Assembly (NCBI RefSeq): GCF_006345805.1
Contig: NC_042999.1
Span: 108,252,001-108,316,000 of the forward strand
Direction: 5' to 3'
Source of the DNA: Octopus sinensis
Lineage: Eukaryota
DNA: 64,000 nt
Shown here: positions 13,642 through 25,945 of the stretch, piece by piece
How the letters are laid out: every line of letters begins with the position of its first letter
Numbering within the stretch: the stretch's first letter is position 1
The notes under the pieces: model-generated
The model's database searches: none
What the model saw: only the letters and a program-made list of their open reading frames with translations
Told to the model about the DNA's origin: nothing
Translations under genes and position numbers: made by a program

Positions 13642-13672
<31 letters not shown>
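12722..13672 (+). repeat. Near-identical ~464-bp tandem duplication of a family-A SINE bounded by (CA)n tracts
   Basis: 'tggctgtgtggtaag' recurs at 12757 and 13221; copies differ only in microsatellite/homopolymer length. Confidence 0.95.
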
Positions 13673-13674
<2 letters not shown>

Positions 13675-16600
13675 AATATCGTACCTTACTATACATTTCC
13701 AATTTTCCATAATATGCTGCTTAGTACATCGTTATTTGATTAATTCACTACCTTGGCAACAAAATTACCATTATGTAAATATCACCTACTGGTTTATTAA
13801 GTTGATATATGTAGTGACTTTAAATATCCATAAGCTATATTTTTATCTCCAAACAGATGAAGTGGCTGTGGCCTCTTTGGCCAACTGACACAACAGGTGA
13901 TTCCCTATCATGTAAACTTTTACTTACAGCTAAATGAATTAAATTATCTGTACCCAAATACATCATTGCTAACTGTTTCATAAACCTTTATGAAGCAAAG
14001 TTTGACAGTGGCTTCAAAGTTTCATCTTACTAGCCATCACTGTATATTTGTGGTGTGTGTGGGAAAGAGAGAGAGAGAGAGAGAGACTTTTCATAATATA
14101 CATTCCTATATATATGTGTGTATGTGTGCATTTAATAAACGTTTCATTGCTATGTATACATATATATTCAATTTGAGAGTTATACTTCTTACAAATTGCA
14201 TTATACATTTCTGTCATTATACAAATTATACATTATGGCTACTCATATTTTGTTGATATTTATAGGTAGCTTGTAACTATGTGATTTATATCTTAGTAAA
14301 CTTTCCAATATTCCACTTCCATTGAGTCTCTTCAATATATGCTTACATATGTCTCTCTCTCTCTAAAATAGATGCGCATGTGTGTTATATAGTGGGTTAC
14401 TCACCCAAGAAATTATGTTAATGCTATTTTTCTATTTATGAACTTTAACATTGCATAAAATTGCAAATTATATATACATTTTTAAAATTCATTTTCATTT
14501 AACTAGTGTTTCTGATTTTGCAATCTACCACAAAATATTCAACTCTAGTTATTAACTTCTATTTAAGCTATGAATCAACTGTTAAGATTTTAATGCTTAT
14601 GATATTAAACATTATAAGCTGCAGCTGTGTTATATTTAAGAAGATGAGATAGTAAAGACCCTAAGCAACAAATATAGAGTTTGTCCCTTCATTGAACCTT
14701 AGCTCATGTTTTTCATTTCAAATTACCATAAATTATTTATGTTTTTCTCGTAAATCATATTTGGTAAGAAATTAAATTGCAAATCGTTTGAATTTTTCAT
14801 AAAGTTTAATAATTATACTAATTTTCTATAAATATCCAATCTTATTTTCCATATCTTTTATCAACATAGGCATTCCAAGAGAATGTTTAATACAAGGATT
14901 AATATTTTTAGATGATGTTTGGAAAATCACTGTAAAAGTGATGTAAAAGCATGTTTGATTTTGTTTATTATGTACTATTTCTATATTGAGATCTCTCTCT
15001 ATCTATCTATCTATCTAGAATTTTTGTTAGAAACCTCTGTCCTTTCTGTGGTTAGTTTAAAAGATAAACTAATGTTTTCTAAGATTGTTATAGCAATCTC
15101 GTATATACTTTATCATTCTCATTGTTCAGGGTGCTGTGCTCTGCTTTAAATATATTATCATCATCTTTAAGTAACTGTTTTATTATATGAAGTTATTTTT
15201 CTTAACTTAACTTTATTTCAAGTTGTTGATCATTCATTGTCTTTCATTTTTGAATGACTTACATTAAATTTGCTATCAGCAACCATCCTCAAATATTCAT
15301 CAAATGACATTTCAAGGTCAATACTTTAACTGAAATAATTTAATTCAATATGAAACTTGTCCTATTACTATATTATGCATTTCATATAATCAATTGATGG
15401 AATTATTAAAATTCATAATCTATTTATATAAATCATTATTAAGTTTGTAATACTTGTTCAATCCAATCATCTATTTACTCAATACACACCTAAACAAATA
15501 TCAATGAATGTATTATCATGTATGTTCTCTTATTTTTAAGAATTCTTTAAAGTTTACTATCACTAAAGAATTAATCTCTACCCAAAAGAGAAAAGTCAGG
15601 CAGCAGCTTAGTAGAACTTTAAGTAAAATACTTTTAGTGTTCTAACAATAGGTTAACATTTCTGAAATCTGATGTGGTTTATTCTACGTAGGCAGGAATC
15701 TCAGCTTCCCCAGTTTTCTTTGTAAACACTTGGTAATGTATCAAAAGTACCAATGATTATAGGTGCAAATATCAATCTGTAATCTGGTTATATAAGCTGA
15801 AAGTGTATAAGAAACAATCTTGTTGTGTTCCAGATAATTATATCAGCTCTGCTCTGTTTGCATTTGTTGGATATCTTAATTGGTATTTTCTACACTGTTA
15901 AAAGGTATTAATGCACCAATATCACTGAAAGTTTTGGCACTTCCATGTGTAAAGTCGTCTATACAAACACCATTGTATAGTGCTTTGAGAATTATATTAT
16001 GACACCTGTAGAATTGATATTTTGAATGTATAGATTCATGTTAAAGCTTGATTCATACATATGTATCTTTGGATTTTTGTTTCTATCTTATTTTTGATTT
16101 CTCGCCTGGAAAGAAAAATGAATAAATTATGTAAATTTGGATAAGTTCATGGAGATGTATTTCAGTTTTTTACCTTTTCTCACATTTTCCGGAGACATTG
16201 AAATGTTCATTGATTAATGTAAATCAAAAAATGTTTCTCAAATATAACAAATCCATGCTCTCTAGAAGAAGTTAAAGATACTTCATATCAACCTAGAATT
16301 CACTTGCTCAATTGACAGGACACTATTTCACCTTGCAAAGATTTATTAAATCAAGTTAAACTAACATAAATTCTATTTGGTCTTACGACACCAATTTTAT
16401 TAGTGTTATCCTGTACAAGTTATCTGATAAATTTCAGTTACAATGACTGTTCTGATACCAAGGTCTATTACTGTGAAATGTTTTGATAACAATTTATCTT
16501 CATTTGCTTACCTTCATACACTCTCACACACATATGTGCATGTGTGCACATATTCATACACATATACACACACATGTGTATATGTATGTTTACATATGCA

Positions 16601-17126
16601 CAATATTTGCCCTGCTGGTTATGGCAATCAGGATTCCAGTTGTTTGATCAACTGGGCTTACTTACACATCAAATTACAGTATTAGTGGTCAAGTATGTTC
16701 TGCTCATATGTGTCTTTAATATAATCCTCAGGCAGAATTAGCATCACACAAAATCTATCAGGACTGACGTTTTGAATTAAAGGTACAGTTCCTCTAACAA
16801 TCTTCCACAAATCACTAAATCTGGAGTGACCTGAGACTGCAATTCAGACATATTGTCCAGAGCTGTGCTAAACTGTGAGATTGATGAACCTCGGATCTCA
16901 TGGCTGTAAAGTGAACTTCTAAACAAATTGCCATGCCCATGCACACACACACAATTTGGTAACAAAACTAAACTTTGATAAGTTGTTGTCTCCCATACAC
17001 ACACACTTTTTGTTCTTATTCAAAAGGGAGAAATCCTACAATAATTTTTACTTTGTAATTATTTTTCATATTTTCCCCTCAGTATCTTAGATTGTTCTGT
17101 CATTTCCTTTTATTTATCTACTTCAG

Positions 17127-17353
17127 GCTAAAGTGGAAAGTGTGTTAGACTATTTGTAAACTGAAGCTAAGAAGACAGTGAAAAAAACCAAAAACAAAAA
17201 CAAAACCGGGTATGAAGTTTACATGCCCCTAACAAAATTCTGGATTTACTGGTGTTTGCCCTGGGATATGACCAACTTAAACAATGGAGAGTATACCAGA
17301 GGAGAACTGCTGTGGTTCAGGACTGACAATCATCCATTCTCAGTGGTACAATG
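17127..17353 (+). other. Candidate spliced exon of an unidentified host gene (probably 5' UTR plus start of CDS)
   Basis: Pyrimidine-rich acceptor catttccttttatttatctacttcag| and canonical donor ATG|gtaagt; non-repeat sequence; ATG at 17284 gives MESIPEENCCGSGLTIIHSQWYN; no recognised homology. Confidence 0.35.
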
Positions 17354-18729
17354 GTAAGTGTATTCATAATACCTTTATTTATTTCTTCAGGTCATGAGCA
17401 TCATTTAAATATCTAATTTCTTGAGACATAACTCAGAAAAAAATGAATAAATAGATAAAATAAATTAAAAATATATATTTACTATTCTTTCTTTTGTGAA
17501 GTCTAATTTATTGTGAAATATATTCTTATTTCAGCAATATATCTTACCTCTTTCTGAATTATACCTTTCTATAAAAGCAATATTTCACATCCATCAATGT
17601 TTATTTTTATTTTTCCTTATATTATTTAATGGGTGCAGATATAGCTATGCAGTTAAGAGTTTTACTTTATGACTACATGATTTCTTGTTCAATCCTGCTA
17701 CACGACACCTTGAGCAAGTGTCTTCTACTATAGCCTTGGAGCATCCAAAGCTTTGCAAGTTAAATATAATACATGGAAATATAGAGGAATCCTATCTGAT
17801 GGACCTTCCAAATTTATGGATAGCAAGTTAAATTGTTTGCTTGGTTCAATTACCCATTAGACAACTGATAGATGTGGGATCTATACTGCAGCAGTCAAGC
17901 TAGATTTTCAGTCTGAGAATAATTTCCTCCTTTCCAATTTCAAGCACCCTAAAAAGGGTCTTGGGAACTATTGTTCCTCCAGTTGTGACAAACAAAATCT
18001 GTTTATATTGAAACAGTTGCAGTCTTCTCAACAGTCACTGAAATAATACAATCTAATAATTGTTAATAATTGCCATTGCTGTCAGTTTTTAATACAGTGA
18101 CATGACAGAAAAGTTAGTCTTGAACAAAATGTATTTCAGTATTTAGTTCCATTCCTTCTATATTCTGAGTTCTAGTTGTACCACTGCCCTGACTTTTATT
18201 TTATCTCTTTAAGCTTGATAAAGCAAATATTAACAATATATAGTCAATCAATGCAATGGACCATATTCTTCTCTTGAAATGTGCAGGCCTAAGAAATCAT
18301 TGCAAAGTTTATGGAATGTAAATTGTAGATTTATGCTTGGATAAATTTATAACAAATGGTATGAACAAAGATCAATCAAGCAATTGTTTGAATGATGTTA
18401 TTGTTTTAGTAGCAGCAGTGAATCACTTCAAACACTATTGTAATGTTTTATTTATAAATGTTTTGTTTTATAAAATTATACCCTAAATTTCTTCTTGTAT
18501 TTGGGTAATAGACATAAGTGAGTTTAATAAAGTTTACTTCCCAACATGGATTCAGACACTGGATGTGTGTGTGTGAAAAGTGCATAAATATATATATAAG
18601 GTGCATAAGATATTTGAGGACAGATTTATGTTTATTAAAAAAAAAAAATCAGATATATAACAGAAAATAACTTTATTTATTGAAAAATGCTATGAAGATA
18701 AAAATAAACCTTCTTTTCTATAATGTTAT

Positions 18730-20120
18730 TCAATAAAGCCACCTTCAGCTTCAACAGCTGCTTCTATAAGAGATCTAAATCATCTACATGCTCAAAACAA
18801 GTGGTCGTGATTCATTTGGGACATTACTCTGATTATGTCAGCTTTCAAAGTATCTTTGGTGTTATGGATGTCTTCATTGACCGCATTCTCAACAACGTTC
18901 CATTTGTAATAGTCCAATGGATTCAGATGTGGGGAATTAGGAAGCCAAATGTTAGGGTTTATGTGGTCATGAAAATTTTTAGCCATCCATTCCTGTGTTA
19001 CTAGAGCCATGTGTGATAGTGCAGAGTCTTATTGAAACACATATGACCTTCCATTGCATACACTGTCTATCCAGGGCTTAACAATCATTTCCAGGACCAC
19101 AATGTAGGTGGCAGAGTTAACTCTAAGGCTGTGTGGAAAGAAGTAAAGAGGCATCATATGTCTTTCATTGCTGACAGCCCCTAAAACCATGGCAGTTGTA
19201 GGAAATTTTGTATGCATAACACTTGGAATTTCAGAAGGGTATGCGTAGGAGTGGCTGTGTGGTAAGTAGCTTGCTTATGAACCACATGGTTGTGGGTACA
19301 GTCCCACTGCCTGGCACCTTGGGCAAGTGTCTTCTACTATAGCCTCGGGCTGACCAAAGCCGTGTGAGTGGATTTGGTAGACGGAAACTGAAGGAAGCCC
19401 ATCGTATATATGTGTATATATATTTATATATATATATGTATGTGTGGGTATGTGTTTGTGTGTCTGTGTTTGTCCCCCCAACACCGCTTGACAATTGATG
19501 CTGGTGTGTTTACGTCCCCTTAACTTAGCGGTTCAGCAAAAGAGACCGATAGAATAAATACTAGGCTTACAAAGAATAAGTCCTGGGGTCGATTTGCTCA
19601 ACTAAAGGTGGTGCTCCAGCATGGCCACAGTCAAATGACTGAAACAAGTAAAAGAGTATAACCTTCTGTCATTTCTTCTGTTAACTTTTTGATTTTGGTC
19701 GAAGTTTTTCTCATTTGAGAAAAACCAAATCAAATCTGCTAGATTTTTCTGTTTGTTTAAGAGCCTCTTACCTTTTCTGACAAATTGACCTTTCCTCATC
19801 ATATAAGACTTATATCTGATGTCATTATGGACAACATTTCTGACTGTTACTTCTGACACATGGAGATCTTTTGCAATTGACCTTATGGACTTTCTGGGAT
19901 TGTAATTAATGATCTGTTGAACTTGCTGGATAAATTCAGGTGTTCTGATGATTTCAGAGCATTTAGAATGCTCTTTATGCTTTGATACTGGTGATATGTT
20001 TCCATCTTTAGTTTCTATAACTCCTTACAAACTTTGTAGATATTTCTAAATCGCTATGCTCAACCTTTATAACCACAATAATAGCATACCTCTTCATTTC
20101 TTGAGTAAGCTGAGGGTCTG
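18730..20120 (-). pseudogene. DD37D transposase pseudogene
   Basis: ORF pieces 19602-19859, 19029-19217, 18792-19010 broken by stops and the SINE insertion; outer limits approximate. Confidence 0.85.
19243..19657 (+). mobile_element. Full-length family-A tRNA-derived SINE inserted in the transposase
   Basis: ggagtggctgtgtggtaag head, internal (TA)/(TG) tract, tail aatgactgaaacaagtaaaagag; highly similar to 51839-52270. Confidence 0.9.
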
Positions 20121-20974
20121 CCATTATTATTTTCTGAAACAAAGATTATACAGAGTTAGTAAAAAATGTATCACTGACTCGAAAAAGGTATGTCCTGAAA
20201 TACCTTGTGCACCCTATGTGTGTGCAGTGGAGTATATTAATATATCAGCAAAAGATTGAAAAATGTGATAGTGTGTTAAACAAAAAATACTTTGTGGTAT
20301 TTATTCCACTTGAGTTGCACAGATACTGTGTTCATATTTCATCCTCCAGAATTGTAGTAAAGTCTTAATAGGACCATTGCAATTATATATACAAACAATA
20401 CTATTTTTTTCAAAATATACAATAAAAAATAAAATTCAGTTCTGTGTGTGTTTACTATCTCTAAGTGCAGTCTAATACAAGGTAGATTCCCTTAGTTATA
20501 AATTCTGACAATGATTTTACGATCGTTACTTTTATAATTTATATCAGATGCTTCGTTTTATACATTTGAACATTATGAGATACCTTTGAATGAAATATAC
20601 ATTAAGTTATAGTTAAATTAGTTATTGCTGCACTAACACTTGTGTTGGGAAAAAAAAAGTGCAAATTGGTCTTGAAAATATCAGCCAATAACTATTAAAA
20701 TGATGAAATGAAAATAGTGTTTAATAGGTAATAATTTTATTTTATATCTGCAAGGTAAACATCTTCTAAATATTAGAAAACAGTTTAGATTTTATGAAAT
20801 ATCTATGAAATTTATTTTTGAATGGGTTGTTTATCTCTTTGTGTTTGGCTCCAGTTTATATGGATCTCATTCAACTTGTTAACTTGAATGTTTTATATGA
20901 AGAGCCAAGATATAGTGTTTAATAAGGTTAAGTTTGGTTATAATCTTATAGTCTTATTATATATTTTCTTTTCA

Positions 20975-20977
<3 letters not shown>

Positions 20978-21044
<67 letters not shown>
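20978..21044. repeat. (CT)n microsatellite
   Basis: Direct observation. Confidence 0.95.
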
Positions 21045-21047
<3 letters not shown>

Positions 21048-22860
21048 AATGTAAGAGCATTGAAAGCCTATCGGGTAGCATATATCTGGGTATGTACTGA
21101 GGATCCTTCAAAGCAAGTAATTTGTTGGATTTTGTAGACATTTCTACAAGAACTTAATCTATGATGAATCAGAAATTGTAGGATATGTAACCACATTCAA
21201 AATATAGATTCATCATATTCTTAAAGTCTATTGGAGTATTGTTTTTTGACAATTATTAGGAAACTTACTCTTCCAATAATTTTGTTAGCTTCTTTGCTTT
21301 CAACTTCTGTGCTTGATTTAAGACTGTATAATGAATAAAAAATCTGTCATATTTTTAATTCTTTATATGCTAATATATAAAAACAAAAGAAAATATCAAA
21401 ATTAAAGAGAATTTTCTAAAATACTATTCTCTACTTCCATCCAGAATGAATATCCTGCATTAAAGTAAAACTTTTATTTTCCTATAAGAAATTTAAAACA
21501 CCAGTTTTAAAAGTTTCATTGTGCTTCTAAAGCCTAAAAGTTTGTCTTTGATATTGGACTGAATAAAATATTTTAGTACCATCAGTAGGTATTACAGTGT
21601 CATATGGTAAATATTTCAGTTCAACCATCTCTAAAAGTAAGGAGGCTTGTTATGCAATATACAATCACATTTACATTAAGTCTCCAACTTTAATGCAAAC
21701 TATATATCTAAGATGTATCAAAGTGACTGATCTGTAATTTTCATACATGACTAAACTTCTTTTTTTTTTCTTGTAATAGTATACAAACAAACTTCTATTA
21801 TGCACATAAAGTAGCATTGTCTCTATTTTTTATTGATTTAAAAGCTGTATGTTAATGACATATGGACTTAATACAATAGTAGAAATTTTCTGTTAGGCTA
21901 AAGCAGCCTATATCAAGTTTGAGAGAGACACAGCAGGATGAAGGATTGTAGATTTCAACTTTACTGTTGAGCTAATTATATTTATTATTGTGTGTCTAGA
22001 ACAACAGTGAACTGATGAAACTTGTATTCTGGTGACTAATCATCACTTTTTGTAACATAATGAATAGATGAGAGCTTAAGTACTATCAGCTAATAAATTT
22101 CAAATTCATTGCCAAGACTTCAAATTTCAACAAACAGCAAATAGGTAAAGTTTATGAGTTGTTCTAAATAGTTTCTTAGAAGTATATCAGTTTTGTTCCT
22201 TAAATAATCTGTCACTAGAGAGTAAAGGTATTACAGTCTCTCACCTCAATCCACTCCTGATTAAGTAATCAAAGTAACTTAGACAAGTAGCTTACTATCT
22301 TAGCTGGTAACAAAAAAATATTTTCAATTGAAATAATAGTGTATAATGTTGTTTGATCTAACAATTGATCTGATGAAGGAGACCTGTACTCAAAAGCACT
22401 GCAGTTCTGGTTATCCTATCTTATTTTCAAACATAATATGCCTAGGACTATATCATCCAATATGTCCTCACTGTTTTAAGATGGTAGAGTGTGATAGAGC
22501 AACATTAGGCTGATATTTCCTGCTGTTTCAGTGATTCTATGTATAATATATTTGTTTGAAATGTATAATGCATTTGTTAGGAAAGAGATATATGTTAGTG
22601 AAACATGTAGTGGAAAAAAAAGGACGAGCACTTACCATGTAGCAGAGAAAAGAAGTAAAGACATTCAATGAGGTAGCTAGATCAGATTGTATAAAATTCA
22701 ACCTGGTAGATGATATATTGATATAAATAACAAGAAGGTGGGGTCCACTAATGTAGACTAATTCAGTGAAAAGCAGCAGGGACAAACAAGTGATTATCAA
22801 ATTAATAAGGATAGTATTAACATATATATACACACATATTATGTATATATAGATGTGCAT

Positions 22861-23016
22861 ACACACACTCATAGTAGCTAAACTTAATAATAATATGTAT
22901 CTTAGACTACTTGTTTTCATATATGAAAGCTGTATGTGAGTGCATGCGTGTCTGAAAGCAAGTAGTCTAAGATACATATTATTGTTATTGTTAAGTTGAG
23001 CAACTCTGTGTGTGTG
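22861..23016. repeat. Long inverted repeat / fold-back hairpin
   Basis: 22889-22913 is the exact reverse complement of 22959-22983 (25 bp); imperfect pairing extends on both sides. Confidence 0.9.
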
Positions 23017-25741
23017 TGTGCATGCGTGTGTGGATGTATGTGTTTATGTATATGTAAATGTTATTTACTTTTACCCCATTGAATAAAAACATACAGGCAT
23101 TGTTTTATTTGGAACCGTATCAAGTTTTTCTTGCTTTGGGGTGAGAGTTTATAAATAAATATCAAAGTATGTAATGAGCTATCTGGTTCCAGTGTCATTG
23201 TAAATAATGTAGTTAAGAATTTTGTGAAGATTCTTGTTTTACCAGTATATGTTCAGCTATTATAATTATTGTATTCATAGAACATCAAATTTGATGTATT
23301 CATTTTCCTTCTTTTCTTTTTTATATCTATCATTATGATTAGGAAATTGAAAAATAAATGTAATTTTATTCTTAAGCTATGTTTGTTTCATGCTTTAAGA
23401 AATATCAACTACTGCTAATGCTTGTAAACATAATTAGATATACAAGGTGTATTTATGAACTAAGAACCTGCAGAAGCTTTCTGGGTTTTTTTTTGTGTTT
23501 CTTTTACTTTTGTTGAACTAATTTTATTAAGATGTTTATACATGTATGTATATTGTTAGATATTTTTATACCTCATATTTAGTATTGTTAAGAATTTATT
23601 TTCTTCTTGAAATGGAGATATTTTATAAATGCCAAGTTAAACATGATCATTACTTTGCTATATTAATTCATGATATTAAAATTATTTCGAATATTTTCAC
23701 ATAGGACTCCTATTTTCTTCCATCTGGTTACGAGTTCCAACTTTGCTCCTCAGTTAACTTGTTTAAAACTCTGAATGATTGTAGTCACTCAGTTATGAAT
23801 TTCTCTTTAAGGCTTGTCAGAGGAAGAAAGGCACTAGCCTTGATTTTTGCACAGCCTTTAATTGTATTAGAAATACAGGAAGAGAAACAATGATTAATGA
23901 ATTAGAGACTATATGACGAGCTTCCACCTAATTTTTGGCTTTCAAATTTCACTTCTAATACCTGGCCTGACCACAGGGTTATGGCAGAAGACACTTGCCA
24001 AGAAGTGGCATAATAACATTGAACTTGCAATCATGATTGTTAAGAGAGCTTCTTAACAATAAACCATACTTTGTGGCAGTGAAAACATCTAACTGCTGAA
24101 ATACTTGCTCATACTGTAAATAAAATTTCATGGATCTTGAAATGTTTGTGCTTGAGCATTTATTGTCGTTAATCTGAGTTATGGATATTTGGTGTATGGT
24201 TCCTCCTACATAAAGCATTGTTAATTCAACAATTTCTGACAGAACATAAAATCACTATACTGCAGCATGCATCATATTTTTAAGATTTCTTAGCTTTCAT
24301 TCCCGCAAAGTAAACCAGCATTGAAATAGCATTGCTATGTTGGAAGTGAAGCCATTGAAATTGCTGTTGACAGGACAGTTATATAGGATTCAAGTAAATT
24401 CTTTACGACAAATGGAACACTGACAGTGTTGTATTCATGCAGAAGAAATTTAACAATAAAATAGTAATCATTAATAATATTAGTTACATGACTAAATCTC
24501 TCTAGACAACAAGGATCCATGTGATTGGTGCTCAACTCTGGATTTACTAACATTAAGTAGATAAGGACAAATCTCACTTCACCCATATTTCACTTCTATG
24601 CAGCATTATTCTACTTGTGCATATTTCATACACACTAAATTTTACATGGAAAGAGAATCTGATGTTCTGGTTGTTGTTGCTTTTGTTGTTGTATCATCCC
24701 AAGCTGGCTGAGATAAAGCAGGCTTATGGTCAATGTTTTTTTTACCTTTAACTCATCCTTTTTTTTTATATGATACAGTGTACACACACACACACACACA
24801 CCCATATTGATAGATGGGTAGATATGTATATGCATGTATATATTATATACACACATATATACAAATACTCACACACACACATACCACTTTCTCTTTGTAA
24901 TTTCTCATCCAAAAGAAAAATTTATTCTGTAATTAATACTACAGTAGCTCGAGTTACATACGGCTTATTAATGAGTAGCACATGTTACAGTAAAAGTGAA
25001 AAATCATATTTTTCTTGTAAAACAAATGGTTTCAGAAAATACAACTTCATTAACAACTAAGTAAAAATTTTTATTTTCTATTGTTTCTTCTACCATTTTT
25101 GCGTTTTTATATACCATTCCATTGCTGCATTCTTACATAGGACTTTTGAGATGTTTTAGTGTTTTTTGTATAGCACACATGTCAAAAAAGACAAAAAACA
25201 GAAAATACAATGGCTGTTTACTATTTTCACTTTCATTATAACAGTAATATAAAATAAAATTGAAGATAATTTATACATTATCTCTTTTCTAAGTACAGAT
25301 CGTTTAATTAATCTTGTTGCTATAACAAGTTACACCCATTTTTGTGATAAGTATTAAAACATGTTGTTGAAATGTTGTTAATGTAAACATTTAAACTGAT
25401 TGAAAGACACTTTTTTTTTATACATTTCTGTTTTATTCTTGAAGATATGATATAAAAGATAAGATGTTAAACATGATGTACAAAAAATGTTCAGATTTGC
25501 TGGTGGAATGTTTGTTTTAAGTAGAAACTTGATGCAACTTTTGGTAAAAATGCTCAAGTATCTTGTTAGTAAATTGTTTTCTTTAAAAACATGTTAATTT
25601 TTAATTATATATTTGATGTGAGAGATTTTTCTTTTATTATTTACTTCAGGTTGAGTGCGTGCTTTGTAAGGACTAAAATTTTTTTTTACATTTATAAAAT
25701 ACATTGTCTTTAATTTTTTTTTTTTTAATATTTGATAAGGG

Positions 25742-25945
25742 AAAGGTGGTGAGCTGACAGAATCATTACTGTGCTGGACAAACTTCCAAGTGGCATTTCC
25801 CCTGGCTTTACATTCTGAGTTCAACTGTTGCCAAAGTCAAGTTTGTCTTTCATTTTTATGGGGTTGATAAAATAAGTTGAGCACTGGGGAAGATATAATC
25901 AACTAACTCCCTCCCACAAAATTTCAGGCCTTGAGTCTTTAGTAG
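25742..25945 (+). mobile_element. Family-B SINE
   Basis: aaggtggtgagctgacagaatc head, ctgagttcaa box, core and aatttcaggccttg tail as in the 43873 copy. Confidence 0.75.

Larger units (their letters stand above)
18597..20216 (-). mobile_element. Tc1/mariner DD37D (maT-type) DNA transposon, full extent but decayed, interrupted by a SINE
   Basis: 26-bp TIRs (18597-18622 vs 20191-20216, 22/26 identical); transposase motifs FFSNEKNF, FQ*DSALSH, WLPNSPHLNPLDYY; 37 residues between the 2nd and 3rd D. Confidence 0.9.

Noticed and set aside
13857-13896. 40-bp micro-exon candidate (aaacag|ATGAAG...CAACAG|gtgatt)
   Set aside because: Weak donor and no recognisable coding content
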